A DNA stretch of 64,000 bases from Minisyncoccota bacterium. GTDB lineage: Bacteria; Patescibacteriota; Minisyncoccia; Phycocordibacterales; DATDWN01. Below, piece after piece: positions 17,874 to 28,329 of the stretch. A program made the position numbers and the translations under genes. The stretch spans positions 11,262 through 75,261 of the forward strand of contig DATDWN010000016.1 in the NCBI GenBank assembly GCA_036517395.1, read 5' to 3'. Position 1 is the stretch's first letter. Each line of letters begins with the position of its first letter. The notes under the pieces are model-generated. The model had not been told where the DNA came from and ran no database searches. It saw nothing but the letters and a program-made list of their open reading frames with translations.

Positions 17874-20159
17874 TTACTTTGATTTCTTTTTGAAACCACG
17901 CCTTTTTTTCTCTTCCTGCAAAATTTCTAGTGCGCGGGGAAGTTCTATTGTGTACACATCATCTTCTTTCAGAGAGCGAAAATCTTTTTGATGTACTATG
18001 TATGGCCCGAAACGTCCAATGTTTGCCGTTATCTTTTCACCGGTATCAGGATGAACCCCCAAGACTTTCGGAAGCGACAAATATTTTAGTGCATCAGCCA
18101 ATGTCACCGTGCTCAAATCTTTCTCTCTCGGTATTGATGCCATTTTTGGCTTAATTGCTTTTTTCGAACCCTTGCCCTTCACCCTCTCTCCAACCTGAAC
18201 ATATGGCCCGTACTTTCCAATATTTACAAAAATCGGCAAACCAGATTCCGGATCAACTCCTACGGGTTCATCCTTTTTAATCTCCTCTCCCGCCATAGTC
18301 AAAGCACCTTCACAGTCAGGATAGTTAGAACAGGAAAGAAACTTGCCGTTTCGAGAAAGTTTTATAATCATATCTTTGCCACATTTTGGACATCGGAATT
18401 CGAGACCGGCGTCACCCAGGTTTGTGATCTTATCAATTTTTTCCTTGGCTTTTACATCGGCCAAAAATGGCTTATAAAAAGTAGCCAATGTTTTTACATA
18501 TTCTTCCTTACCCTCGGCTATGAGGTCGAGTTTATCTTCCATGTCAGCCGTGAAGCTGTCGCTTATGTACTCGGCAAAATTTGCTTCCAAAAAACTAGAT
18601 ACAACATCGCCCGTGTCAGTGGGTACCAGTGCCTTGCTCACTTTCTCCACGTAACCTCTATCCTCCAAAGTTTTTATGGTTGAAGCGTATGTACTAGGCC
18701 TTCCTATGCCTCTTTTCTCAAGTTCCTTAATCAATCCTGCTTCAGAGTATCTTCCTGGTGGTTCGGTCTGCTTTTCTTCTGTATTAATTTTTTTCAAATT
18801 AAGAGCCTCACCGATTTTGACTTTTGGCAATTCAACATCATCTCCTCGCGAAGCCGGATCTCCGAGGAGCCATCCAGCAAATTTAATTTGCGAACCAGTT
18901 ATAGAAAAATCCGGAATATGTGTGTCAAGGACAGTCCTTGACATTGACACATTTGCTGATATTTTGGTTCGAAGTGTCAGAGCATCTTTCATTTGCGATG
19001 ACACAGTTCGTCGCCATATGAGCTTATAAAGTTTTTTCTGTTCATCATTAAAACCGACATGCTCGGCTTCAAAATGTGTTGGGCGTATAGCCTCGTGCGC
19101 CTCCTGTGCGTTTTTGGATTTAGTTGCAAATTTTCGTATTTGTAAATATTCTTTACCAAACTTTTTCTCCACCACTGCCGCAATCTGTGCTATAGCAACA
19201 CCACTCAAGTTTGTCGAGTCCGTGCGCATGTATGTAATATGTCCACACTCATATAATTTCTGTGCAATACCCATTGTTCTTGATGGAGAAAATCCTAGCC
19301 GTGATGATGCTGTCTGTTGAAGTGTGGAGGTTATGAAAGGCGCACGAGGGGATTTTTTCACATCCGTCTCTTTTACATCTTTCACAAACCAGCTGTTTTC
19401 CTTTCCTCCCTTTTCTGCAATTTCCACAATCCGCTCCATTTCTTTTTTATCTGTTGGTTCTTCTTCGCAGACAACAGTAAAAATCTGTTTTCCCCTAGGC
19501 AACGCCTCGGGAGATTTATCTGAGGTATCCGAGGCGTTGCCTAGGGAAGAGATCTCTGCTGAAATAATCCAGAAAGCATGAGACTTAAAAGCCCGGATTT
19601 CTCTCTCGCACTCCATGATAATGCGCAGAGCGGGGGATTGGACGCGTCCGGCAGAGAGGCCATATCGTACTTTTTTCCATATCAAACCCGACAAGTCGTA
19701 TCCCACGAGCCTATCGAGGACTCGCCTTGCTTCCTGCGCTTGTCGCAAATTCTGATCGATATCCCGTGGATTTTTCAAAGCTTCCTCTATCGCTTCCTTA
19801 GTAATTTCCTGATATGAAACCCTCTTCACTTTTTTGTTATGTACTATATGTTCTGTGCCCTTATCATTAATAAGTTCTGCCAAGTGCCATGCTATCGCCT
19901 CACCCTCGCGGTCGGGGTCAGTTGCAAGCAGAACTTCACTGGACTTTTTGGCCAAAGCTTTTATACCATTGACCACTTTCTCCTTGCCTTTGGAAATTTC
20001 ATAGTGCGGCACGAAACCACCCTCGATGTCGATGGCCACTTTGTTCGACTTTGGCAAATCACGAACATGGCCGACAGAAGCAACCACTTCATATCCACTT
20101 CCAAGATATTTTGAAATAGTCTTGGCTTTGGCGGGGGACTCAACGATAAGTAACTTCAT
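17874..20159 (-). CDS. topA: DNA topoisomerase I with in-frame palindromic insertions
   Basis: VESPAKAKTI, DPDREGE, SAGRVQS, ITYMRTD, GIGRPSTY. Confidence 0.98.
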   Translation of the reverse strand: MKLLIVESPAKAKTISKYLGSGYEVVASVGHVRDLPKSNKVAIDIEGGFVPHYEISKGKEKVVNGIKALAKKSSEVLLATDPDREGEAIAWHLAELINDKGTEHIVHNKKVKRVSYQEITKEAIEEALKNPRDIDQNLRQAQEARRVLDRLVGYDLSGLIWKKVRYGLSAGRVQSPALRIIMECEREIRAFKSHAFWIISAEISSLGNASDTSDKSPEALPRGKQIFTVVCEEEPTDKKEMERIVEIAEKGGKENSWFVKDVKETDVKKSPRAPFITSTLQQTASSRLGFSPSRTMGIAQKLYECGHITYMRTDSTNLSGVAIAQIAAVVEKKFGKEYLQIRKFATKSKNAQEAHEAIRPTHFEAEHVGFNDEQKKLYKLIWRRTVSSQMKDALTLRTKISANVSMSRTVLDTHIPDFSITGSQIKFAGWLLGDPASRGDDVELPKVKIGEALNLKKINTEEKQTEPPGRYSEAGLIKELEKRGIGRPSTYASTIKTLEDRGYVEKVSKALVPTDTGDVVSSFLEANFAEYISDSFTADMEDKLDLIAEGKEEYVKTLATFYKPFLADVKAKEKIDKITNLGDAGLEFRCPKCGKDMIIKLSRNGKFLSCSNYPDCEGALTMAGEEIKKDEPVGVDPESGLPIFVNIGKYGPYVQVGERVKGKGSKKAIKPKMASIPREKDLSTVTLADALKYLSLPKVLGVHPDTGEKITANIGRFGPYIVHQKDFRSLKEDDVYTIELPRALEILQEEKKRRGFKKKSK

Positions 20160-20198
20160 AGCTATTGATTATTACCTCAAAAAAAATATTTGTCCAAT

Positions 20199-20338
20199 TT
20201 TATCTGCGACGAGAGAGGAGCGCGTGAATGTGTAATCACATTCACAGCGTCCGAACGAGGAGTAGCAATGGTAAAAACCCCGCCCCTCTGGGGCGGAACA
20301 GGGGTCCAGGGCTTGCCCTGGGGTTTCATACCATTGAT
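20199..20338. repeat. 140-bp dispersed structured repeat, copy 1
   Basis: Two mismatches relative to 42402-42541. Confidence 0.9.
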
Positions 20339-20570
20339 TAAAAACAATTGAGCCTCGTGATGGAATCACGAGGCTCTCAAGAACGACGGAGTGTCTTACG
20401 GAGTTGTCTCAACTCCAGTGGCCATTTGCCCGAGCGGACGAGGTGGTCTTCCTACCCACGAATCCTCGACTCGTTTCGACCAACATCTTTCACAGAATGC
20501 TGCTCTTGTTCCTGGTGGGACGAGTGGTCCCCAGTGGTGAATGCACACATTCCCCACTTGAACACAAATT

Positions 20571-21425
20571 CTATTTCAAATGTATCTCACCCATCATTTC
20601 CTCAATCAGTCCCTTTATCTCCATCGTAGCAATTATAGTCTGAGCCGCGTAAACTGGTTTCCCTAGGCGGCGGATTATTTCATCTCGGGAAAGCGGCTCG
20701 TGCAAAAGCTCAATCAGCTCGCGTTCGTCCGTCGAGCAGTCGGAGTAGTCACGCATTTGGACCAGCTCGTCGCGCGGGCGCAGGCCGAGAGCTGTGACTA
20801 TGTCACTTGACTGTGTTATGGGTGTTGCCCCAAGTCGCAGAAGCATGTGTGGCCCCTCGGAAGTTTTGGAAAAAATAGAGTTCGGTACGGTGAAAACATC
20901 ACGGTTGTATTCGGTGGCGTATTTTGAAGTGATGAGTGTGCCTGATTTCAATTCCGCTTCGACAACTAGTGTTGCCTGACTTATTCCCGCAATGATTCGA
21001 TTGCGTTGTGGAAAATTATATGGAAACGAGGGGTAGCTATCTTCAAATTCAGAAATGAGTGCGCCTCCACTTTCTACAATTTCTTCAGCAAGTTTTCTAT
21101 GGCTGTGAGGATATAAAACTTTTTCCGAAAGCCCAGATCCGGGAACCGCCACAGTTGGTAAACCAGTTTTCAGAGCCGCACGATGTCCGATTGAATCAAT
21201 ACCCAAAGCCAGACCGGACACTATGGTAATAGAATATCCACGCAAGCCTTCAATTAATTTCTCACAAACATTTCTCCCATACTCGCTATATTTTCTTGAA
21301 CCAACCACAGATAAATATTTCTCCGTCTTCGGCAACTCGCCCACGATTCGCATTTTTTCCGGCGGGTCGTGTATTTGAAGCAGGAGTGGAGGAAAATCTT
21401 TTTTCAATAAATCTCTAATTTCCAT
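20571..21425 (-). CDS. dprA: DNA-processing protein DprA
   Basis: VVGSRK, VSGLALGID, FPQRNRIIAG, SGTLIT. Confidence 0.96.
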   Translation of the reverse strand: MEIRDLLKKDFPPLLLQIHDPPEKMRIVGELPKTEKYLSVVGSRKYSEYGRNVCEKLIEGLRGYSITIVSGLALGIDSIGHRAALKTGLPTVAVPGSGLSEKVLYPHSHRKLAEEIVESGGALISEFEDSYPSFPYNFPQRNRIIAGISQATLVVEAELKSGTLITSKYATEYNRDVFTVPNSIFSKTSEGPHMLLRLGATPITQSSDIVTALGLRPRDELVQMRDYSDCSTDERELIELLHEPLSRDEIIRRLGKPVYAAQTIIATMEIKGLIEEMMGEIHLK

Positions 21426-21520
21426 AGCTTTATTATATTGGAAATTATAAATTAAGTCATTGAAAATTGACTGAAAATTGGAAATTGTAAATTGAAAATT
21501 CCAATAGTGTTTGGTACACT

Positions 21521-22810
21521 ATGGCTATGCTAGATATAAAATTCATAAGGGAAAACAAAGATCTTATTTCTGCTGGAGCTCTAAAAAAGCACATCCAGTT
21601 TGATGTGGAAGCACTTCTCAAACTTGATGACAAGCGTCGTGAGCTTATGACTTCTATCGAGCAGAAGAGGGCCGAACAAAATGAAGTTAGTGAGAAAATA
21701 GTCAAAATCTCTGACAAGGCTGAAAAAGAGCAAATGATAGCCGAGATGAAGTTGGTCAAGGACGAGTTGCAAAAAGAAGAAGAGGAGCTGAAAACGGTTA
21801 TGCACGACTGGCAGGTACTGATGGTAGCTGTGCCAAACATACCCGATATATCCGTGCCTGATGGTGTGGACGACAAAGACAATAAAGAGCTTAAACGATG
21901 GTCTCTTTTTGGGGGCGATATTCCAAAGTTCGATTTCACACCGAAAGACCATATCGAGCTTATGCAAAATCTCGGCATACTCGACATCGAGCGTGGGGTA
22001 AAAGTGGCGGGCTTTCGAGGGTACTTTCTCAGAGGCGATGGCGCAAGACTGCAGTTTGCCTTGTGGAGATTTGTCGAGGATTTCTTTTCCAAAAAGGAAG
22101 GCTTTGTGCCGATGATTGCTCCTACGCTTTTAAAAAGAGAAACTTTTATGGGTACTGGCTATATTCCGCAGGGCGAGGAGGATTTGTATAAAACTCAAGA
22201 TGGCGAATATCTGGCGGGTACGGCCGAAGTCGGAATGATGGGCTACTACATGGATGAAGTTTTGCAAAAAAAAGATTTGCCAATAAAAATGCTTGGATTC
22301 TCTTCTTCTTTTCGTCGTGAGGCCGGAAGTCATGGCAAGGACACTCGGGGTATTTTGCGTGTGCACGAGTTTTATAAATTTGAACAAGTTGTTTTGTGCG
22401 AAGCTTCACACGCCGAGTCAGTAAAATATCATGAGGAAATACAGCGCAATACAGAGGAGATTACGGAGGCTTTGGGTTTGCCATATCACGTCGTAGCGAA
22501 TTGTGGAGGGGATCTCGGGTTGGGACAGGTCAAAAAATATGATATCGAAGTCTGGCTTCCATCGGAAAATACGTATCGCGAGACAGGCTCGGCTTCTTAC
22601 TTTCACGATTTTCAGACTCGTCGCTTAAACATCCGCTACAAAGATGACGACGGCAAAATGAAGTTTGCTCACTCGCTAAACAATACCGCTCTTTCTGGTA
22701 GGCCACTTATTATGATTGTAGAAAACGGACAGCAGGCTGATGGTTCGATAAAAATTCCAAAAGTGCTTCAGCCGTACATGAACGGTCAAACAACTATTTC
22801 AAGGAAATAG
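21521..22810 (+). CDS. serS: Serine--tRNA ligase
   Basis: MLDIKFIREN, coiled coil, GTAE, FRREAG, RVHEFYK. Confidence 0.97.
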   Translation: MAMLDIKFIRENKDLISAGALKKHIQFDVEALLKLDDKRRELMTSIEQKRAEQNEVSEKIVKISDKAEKEQMIAEMKLVKDELQKEEEELKTVMHDWQVLMVAVPNIPDISVPDGVDDKDNKELKRWSLFGGDIPKFDFTPKDHIELMQNLGILDIERGVKVAGFRGYFLRGDGARLQFALWRFVEDFFSKKEGFVPMIAPTLLKRETFMGTGYIPQGEEDLYKTQDGEYLAGTAEVGMMGYYMDEVLQKKDLPIKMLGFSSSFRREAGSHGKDTRGILRVHEFYKFEQVVLCEASHAESVKYHEEIQRNTEEITEALGLPYHVVANCGGDLGLGQVKKYDIEVWLPSENTYRETGSASYFHDFQTRRLNIRYKDDDGKMKFAHSLNNTALSGRPLIMIVENGQQADGSIKIPKVLQPYMNGQTTISRK

Positions 22811-22888
22811 TTGTAATTTAGACTTTTTAATTTAGAATTTAAAAATTAAGTCTAAATTCTAAATTTTAAATTAAAAATTTACTACCTT

Positions 22889-23791
22889 ATGATTTCCTCA
22901 ACTTCGTCATCACTCTCTCACGAGGTATACCTGAGAAAAAAGAGAAACAAAAAACTTTTTCGGTATGGGTTAATTATTTTTATCATCGTAGCTCTCGTCG
23001 CTCTTGTTTCTTATGTTTCTCACAGACCACAGATTCGTATATCAAAGGTTGAACTTTCTGGAGGTGTTTTGGTTACAGAGACCGATGTCGATGCCAAATC
23101 CCGAGAGTATTTGTCCGGCTCGTATCTCTGGCTTTTCCCAAAGAACAACACTTTTTGGTATTCCGAGGGAGGCCTAGCGGACTATCTCAAGGAAAGTTTT
23201 AAAAGAATTGACACCATAAGTATTCACAGAAAAGATCTGAAAACTTTGGTGGTGGAAATAAAAGAACGCAAACCAGTAGCCATGTGGTGCGAAGGTAATC
23301 CAGGAGAAGTGCGACCAAGCTTGAATGCTGGGTCAGAAGTGCAACCGAGCGGGAGCGAGGGCGTACTGAGCTCAGCAGAGCGAACGTGCTATTTCCTAGA
23401 CCAGAATTCAACCATTTTTGCCAAAGCCCCAAACTTCTCGGGTGATGCCTATTTCAAATTTTATGGTTCGATTTCCGGAAACAATCCAATCGGCACGGAA
23501 TATATAGCAAGTAGCACAGAGTTCGCCGAGCTTTCTGATTTTATAATAAAGACAAAACAACTTTCACTTCGGCCTCAATATATGATTGCAAAAGATGGCG
23601 GGGAATTTAGTCTAGTTATTGCCGGTGGCGGACAGATTATGTTTGATATGCGCTTGCCCTTAGCAACTGTTGCTCAAAATCTTGAAGCGCTTTTGCGTAC
23701 ACAAGTATTGGCTACTAGCACAAGCGGAGTTCTCCCTGTCGAGTATATTGATCTGAGATATGGAAATAAGCTATTTTACAAAATAAAATAG
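22889..23791 (+). CDS. FtsQ/DivIB-like cell division protein
   Basis: N-terminal TM, POTRA-like region, ERKP, C-terminal YIDLRYGNK. Confidence 0.75.
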   Translation: MISSTSSSLSHEVYLRKKRNKKLFRYGLIIFIIVALVALVSYVSHRPQIRISKVELSGGVLVTETDVDAKSREYLSGSYLWLFPKNNTFWYSEGGLADYLKESFKRIDTISIHRKDLKTLVVEIKERKPVAMWCEGNPGEVRPSLNAGSEVQPSGSEGVLSSAERTCYFLDQNSTIFAKAPNFSGDAYFKFYGSISGNNPIGTEYIASSTEFAELSDFIIKTKQLSLRPQYMIAKDGGEFSLVIAGGGQIMFDMRLPLATVAQNLEALLRTQVLATSTSGVLPVEYIDLRYGNKLFYKIK

Positions 23792-23900
23792 CAATTTAAA
23801 ATTTAGACTTTAAAATTTAAAAATTAACTATAAATTCTAAAGTCTAAATTTTAAATTTATAATGTTGAACTTCTCGTCTAAGTTAAGATAATTTATAAAT

Positions 23901-24962
23901 ATGAACTTCTGGCATCAACTCAAACGCCCTATCATGGTTCTCGCGCCCATGGCTGACGTAACGGATGCGGCTTTTCGTCGCATCATTGCAAAATATGGTA
24001 AGCCGGACGTCATGTGGACAGAATTTGTTTCGGCTGACGGTCTGTTTATGGGAGGATATGAACATCTAATAAAAGATCTGGCTTTCACAGAAGCCGAGAG
24101 ACCTATCGTGGCCCAATTTTTCACAAGTAAACCGGAGATGATGGAGAAAGCGGCGGAGCTGGCGTGTGATCTAGGTTTTGATGGGATAGATATAAACATG
24201 GGATGTCCCGACAAATCAGTGGAAAAGCAGGGAAGTGGTTCAGCTCATATAAAAGATTATAAAAATGCTCAAAAAATTATTCGCGCGGCCATGAGAGGTG
24301 CGGAGAAAGCATTCCAAAGGTCCGACCTTAAAAACCCAAACTCCCAAGGTCGGACCTTGGGTCCCATACCCGTTAGTGTCAAAACGCGTATTGGTTACAA
24401 TAAAAATGAACTTGATACATGGCTACCGGCACTTCTTGAGACCAATCCCGCGGTGATAACAATCCATGCACGAACCAGAAAAGAAATGTCCTCTGTTCCT
24501 GCTCGTTGGGAGCATGTGAAGGAAGCTGTGGAGATAAGAAATAAATTTTTTGATTCTAGTGGCAAGAAAAGTCAGACGCTGATTTTTGGCAATGGAGATG
24601 TCGTAGGCACTGATGACGCTAGGAGAAAGTGTGAAGAAACCGGATGTGACGGTGTCATGCTCGGTCGCGCGATTTTCGGAAACCCGTGGCTTTTTAACAA
24701 ACCACTCCAGATGTCAAGGACAGTCCTTGACACGAAAGATAAGGAGGTCTCGATTCCAGAAAGGTTGAGAATAATGGTTGAGCACACGAAACTTTTTGAA
24801 GAAATATTGCCATACAAAAGTTTTGCAATAATGAAAAAACACTACAAAGCCTACGTGACGGGTTGGCCTGATGCAAAAGAACTAAGATTGAAACTGATGG
24901 AAGCCAAAGATGCTGGGGAAGTGGAGGCTGTTGTGGGAGAGTATCTAGCTAGTCTGACTTGA
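23901..24962 (+). CDS. dusB: tRNA-dihydrouridine synthase with two palindromic insertions
   Basis: LAPMADVTD, INMGCP, VKTRIG, HART, NGD, GRAIFGNPW. Confidence 0.9.
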   Translation: MNFWHQLKRPIMVLAPMADVTDAAFRRIIAKYGKPDVMWTEFVSADGLFMGGYEHLIKDLAFTEAERPIVAQFFTSKPEMMEKAAELACDLGFDGIDINMGCPDKSVEKQGSGSAHIKDYKNAQKIIRAAMRGAEKAFQRSDLKNPNSQGRTLGPIPVSVKTRIGYNKNELDTWLPALLETNPAVITIHARTRKEMSSVPARWEHVKEAVEIRNKFFDSSGKKSQTLIFGNGDVVGTDDARRKCEETGCDGVMLGRAIFGNPWLFNKPLQMSRTVLDTKDKEVSIPERLRIMVEHTKLFEEILPYKSFAIMKKHYKAYVTGWPDAKELRLKLMEAKDAGEVEAVVGEYLASLT

Positions 24963-24989
24963 CTTATTTTTCATATAAGCAGATTCTAT

Positions 24990-25292
24990 AAGTAGAAATC
25001 ACAGGTATGGGGTAGCGGGATACTGCGGGATGTTTCCCGGCGACCCATAACTGGGTCTTAATGGCTCTCGCGTTTCTTACTGTGATTTTTAGGGCTTGAC
25101 GTGCTGGGGCGTCTTGGGGGCGTCGGTATGTGCATGAAGTGCACGCCGATTTACATAGCTCCGAGACGCAGCTGGTGTCTCCCCGCATTCTCTGAAAGGA
25201 GATTGCAATCGCTAGATCAGACTTTATACCTCGGGGTCGGGACGAGACCCCGAGGTATCCAACGCCGACTCGCATACGAGCGGTGTTTTTTG
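24990..25292 (+). ncRNA. Unassigned GC-rich multi-hairpin RNA candidate
   Basis: Several nested stems and a 3' hairpin with U-tract; no credible ORF; strand is tentative. Confidence 0.45.
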
Positions 25293-25300
25293 TTATACTA

Positions 25301-25440
25301 TATCCGCACACTAACTTTGCTCTCGTTGCATTCAGTCTCAAAATATAGATGTATATCTTAGATTTAGATATAATTTCTAACTTTTGCTTGATTGTTAATG
25401 TGGCAACAGGGAGACAAGAGCAAAGTTAGTGTGCGGATAA
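25301..25440. repeat. MITE-like element (TCCGCACACTAA terminal inverted repeats)
   Basis: TATCCGCACACTAACTTTGCTCT / AGAGCAAAGTTAGTGTGCGGATA. Confidence 0.85.
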
Positions 25441-25442
25441 AT

Positions 25443-26462
25443 ATGTCAGAAGCTCTCTATCGAAAATACAGGCCGAAAAAGTTTGGCGATGTCATCGGTC
25501 AGGATCACATCGTCAAGGTCCTAGAAGCCGAGGTCAAGTCGGGAGACATCTCTCATGCTTATCTTTTTTCTGGTACTCGAGGAACGGGCAAGACCTCTGT
25601 AGCTAGGATTTTTGCAAGCGGAATCGGAACATCACCAAACGATATTTATGAAATCGACGCGGCTTCAAATACTTCGGTTGAGGATGTTCGGGCGTTGAAC
25701 GAGTCAGTTTTCACGTTACCCTTTGAATCAAAATACAAAGTCTATATATTGGACGAGGTCCATATGCTTTCCAAGTCGGCTTCAAACGCTTTGCTTAAAA
25801 CTCTGGAGGAGCCACCAACTCATGTGGTTTTTATTCTTGCCACCACGGAAACCCACAAGATTTTGGAAACTATTTTTTCTCGATGTGAGGTTTACGCTTT
25901 CAAAAAGCCTTCTCAAGAAATTTTGAAGAAAGTTGCAATGGCAACGGCCAAAAAAGAAGGATATGGAATCGACGAGCCTTCAGCCGAGATCATCGCACTT
26001 CTCGGTGACGGCTCTTTCAGGGATACACTGGGGATTGTTCAGAAGATTTTAGCATACTCCCAAAGTAAGAAAATATCCGAAGAAGAGGTTCGTCTGGTTA
26101 CTGGTGCTCCGGCAATCGAACTGGTCCATGGCGTGGTCTCTGCCATTGCCGAAAAAGATTTACTCAGCGGTTTAACTGTTGTAAAAAAAGCAGTTAGTCA
26201 AAATATAGATATGTCCGTATTTCTAAAACTCATACTCCATACAACTCGCGCGGTTATGTTGGTGCGATTTGGCGCAGGAAACTCTGTCAAAGATGATTTG
26301 TCTGAAAAAGAGTTTGAGTTTGTTTCGGGTCTAGCCAAGACGGGCGATAATTTCTCGTCCCAAACCCTGGTCGAACTTTTGACGGCGTATGAACGCACGA
26401 CAGGTGCGTATATTTCACAACTTCCTCTTGAACTGGCGTTAGTAACCATTTGTTCTAAATAA
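25443..26462 (+). CDS. dnaX: DNA polymerase III subunit gamma/tau
   Basis: LYRKYRP, GTRGTGKT, DEVHML, KTLEEPP. Confidence 0.96.
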   Translation: MSEALYRKYRPKKFGDVIGQDHIVKVLEAEVKSGDISHAYLFSGTRGTGKTSVARIFASGIGTSPNDIYEIDAASNTSVEDVRALNESVFTLPFESKYKVYILDEVHMLSKSASNALLKTLEEPPTHVVFILATTETHKILETIFSRCEVYAFKKPSQEILKKVAMATAKKEGYGIDEPSAEIIALLGDGSFRDTLGIVQKILAYSQSKKISEEEVRLVTGAPAIELVHGVVSAIAEKDLLSGLTVVKKAVSQNIDMSVFLKLILHTTRAVMLVRFGAGNSVKDDLSEKEFEFVSGLAKTGDNFSSQTLVELLTAYERTTGAYISQLPLELALVTICSK

Positions 26463-27629
26463 ATGAAACAACGGCAAAAGTTTAACAAATACAGACCATC
26501 CATATCATTTATTTTTGTTATGTGTGTTTTTATTGTCTCTATTATTTTATATAAAGTTGTTAAAGTTCCAAGGCAACTAGAATTTGTTAGTTTTGCAACA
26601 ACTCCATATCCAGTTCAATACTCGGATGAGCATATTACAGAAAACGCCATAGCTACGGCGCCAAAGTTTCGACAGATAACATTTGCTAATAACGTAAATC
26701 AGTTTGCAAATATCATAAGTTCCATAAATAAAAACAGTGATGTCATAAAATCCGAAGGTCCAGAAAACGGCACATGGTTGTGGACTCCGATTCTTTCTAT
26801 TACTCCACAATACAGAAAAACGATAATATCTAACGCAAAAAACAGGGGAATAAAAAACATTTATATTTCTATTGATTCTTATTTGGATATATATGTTATG
26901 CCTGATGGTTCAGAGAAAATTGCTAAGAAAAAAGCTTTTGATGCTGTGCTTGCGGCGTTTATACAACTTGCAAATAAAAACGGCATAAGTGTTGACGCCG
27001 AGGCTGGTTGGCGAAACTGGGCCGAGGATGGTAATACATACAAAGCTTTTGCTACCGTTAACTATGCTATTGAGTTCAATAAAAACCACCAAACCAAACT
27101 GCGAGGTTTTCAGTATGATGTCGAGCCGTATCTGCTAGATAGGTACAAAAAAGAAAAGGCAGATGTCCTTGTAAGTTTTATAAAACTTGTTGACCAGACG
27201 GTCTCTCAGCTTTCGGATAGCGATTTGCAGTTCATGGTAGTTATTCCAGAGTTTTATGATAAATCAAGTGGCTCACCAAAATTTGTCTACAAAAATGTCT
27301 CAGGGTTTGCCATTGATCACTTGCTTTCAGTGCTAGATCAGAGAGAGGGAAGTAAAATAATTATCATGTCGTATCGCAATTGGAGTCTTGGCGAGGACAG
27401 CTCGGTGGAAATTTCTCAAGACGAGATTAGGACGGCTGATTCTCACCAGACTAAAATAGTAGTGGCTCAGGAAACGGGCGATGTTATGCCATCATACGTC
27501 ACATTTCACAACACTTCTCGAGCTTATCTCAAAAGCCAGACCACCAATATCCAAAAAGCATTTGCAAAAAATAAAAGTTTTGGCGGCTTGGCTGTGCACT
27601 ACATAAATGCGTTCATGGAGCTGAAATGA
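26463..27629 (+). CDS. Membrane-anchored putative TIM-barrel (glycoside-hydrolase-like) protein
   Basis: N-terminal TM; W-L-W, GFQYDVEPY, IMSYR, AQET, GLAVHY motifs. Confidence 0.6.
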   Translation: MKQRQKFNKYRPSISFIFVMCVFIVSIILYKVVKVPRQLEFVSFATTPYPVQYSDEHITENAIATAPKFRQITFANNVNQFANIISSINKNSDVIKSEGPENGTWLWTPILSITPQYRKTIISNAKNRGIKNIYISIDSYLDIYVMPDGSEKIAKKKAFDAVLAAFIQLANKNGISVDAEAGWRNWAEDGNTYKAFATVNYAIEFNKNHQTKLRGFQYDVEPYLLDRYKKEKADVLVSFIKLVDQTVSQLSDSDLQFMVVIPEFYDKSSGSPKFVYKNVSGFAIDHLLSVLDQREGSKIIIMSYRNWSLGEDSSVEISQDEIRTADSHQTKIVVAQETGDVMPSYVTFHNTSRAYLKSQTTNIQKAFAKNKSFGGLAVHYINAFMELK

Positions 27630-27691
27630 TTAATGGAATTGAGTCAGGTGGAATTTACAAATAGGCAGATAGGGCGGTTCCTCTTGATACC

Positions 27692-27723
27692 CACTTAACT
27701 TACGCGGTCGCGAGATTTAAGTG
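27692..27723. repeat. Hairpin inverted repeat left of the PaaX/Cas2-like gene
   Basis: 30/32 match to the reverse complement of 28330-28361. Confidence 0.85.
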
Positions 27724-27743
27724 GAGGTGATAATATTTCATAT

Positions 27744-28319
27744 ATGGGGAATATCGAAATTAAATCTCGCAAAAGAAAGTCAAGAAAGGATATTCAGAAA
27801 GCTATTCTCACTTCTGTCAAAATGGCGGGATTGTTAAGTATTGCGCTTGTCGCTCCAAATGCTGTTCAATGCTTAAAATCATTTGGTCTGCTTTCAGGAA
27901 GGAGACAAGAAGAAATCATGAATAGATCTAGAGAAAATCTTATTAGAGATGGTCTTTTGAAATATGAAAAAGGATTTCTCGAATTGACCAATAAAGGCCA
28001 AACTCGTCTAGACTTTTTGGAAATGAATGATTGGAAAATGAATAGACCTCGCAAATGGGATGGTAGGTGGCGGATGCTTATATTTGATATACCGGAAAGA
28101 AGAAAAGGCCTCAGGGATAAAATTCGAAACACTCTTTTAAGTATGGGATTTCTCAAACTTCAAAATAGTGCTTGGATATACCCTTATGATTGCGAAGATT
28201 TGATCAATTTACTGAAAGCGGATTTCAAAGTCGGCAAAGACCTTCTGTATCTTATTGTTGATTCCATAGAGAACGACAAGAGTTTTCGAAAATCGTTTGC
28301 TCTACCATTAGAAAAATAA
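27744..28319 (+). CDS. PaaX-like protein (winged helix + Cas2/VapD-fold domain)
   Basis: LTNKG, WDGRWRMLIFDIPE...R..L...GF..LQNSAWIYP. Confidence 0.85.
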   Translation: MGNIEIKSRKRKSRKDIQKAILTSVKMAGLLSIALVAPNAVQCLKSFGLLSGRRQEEIMNRSRENLIRDGLLKYEKGFLELTNKGQTRLDFLEMNDWKMNRPRKWDGRWRMLIFDIPERRKGLRDKIRNTLLSMGFLKLQNSAWIYPYDCEDLINLLKADFKVGKDLLYLIVDSIENDKSFRKSFALPLEK

Positions 28320-28329
28320 ATTCCAATTA

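Noticed and set aside
20340-20570. GC-richer spacer between dprA and topA
   Set aside because: One clear hairpin (20351-20377) but no convincing ORF or recognisable RNA family.
21457-22092. 211-aa antisense ORF over serS, and similar antisense ORFs over other core genes
   Set aside because: Ser-rich shadow translations with no protein motifs.
27744-28319. CRISPR-Cas locus suggested by the Cas2-like motif
   Set aside because: No repeat-spacer array or other cas genes in the window; the protein has PaaX-like architecture.
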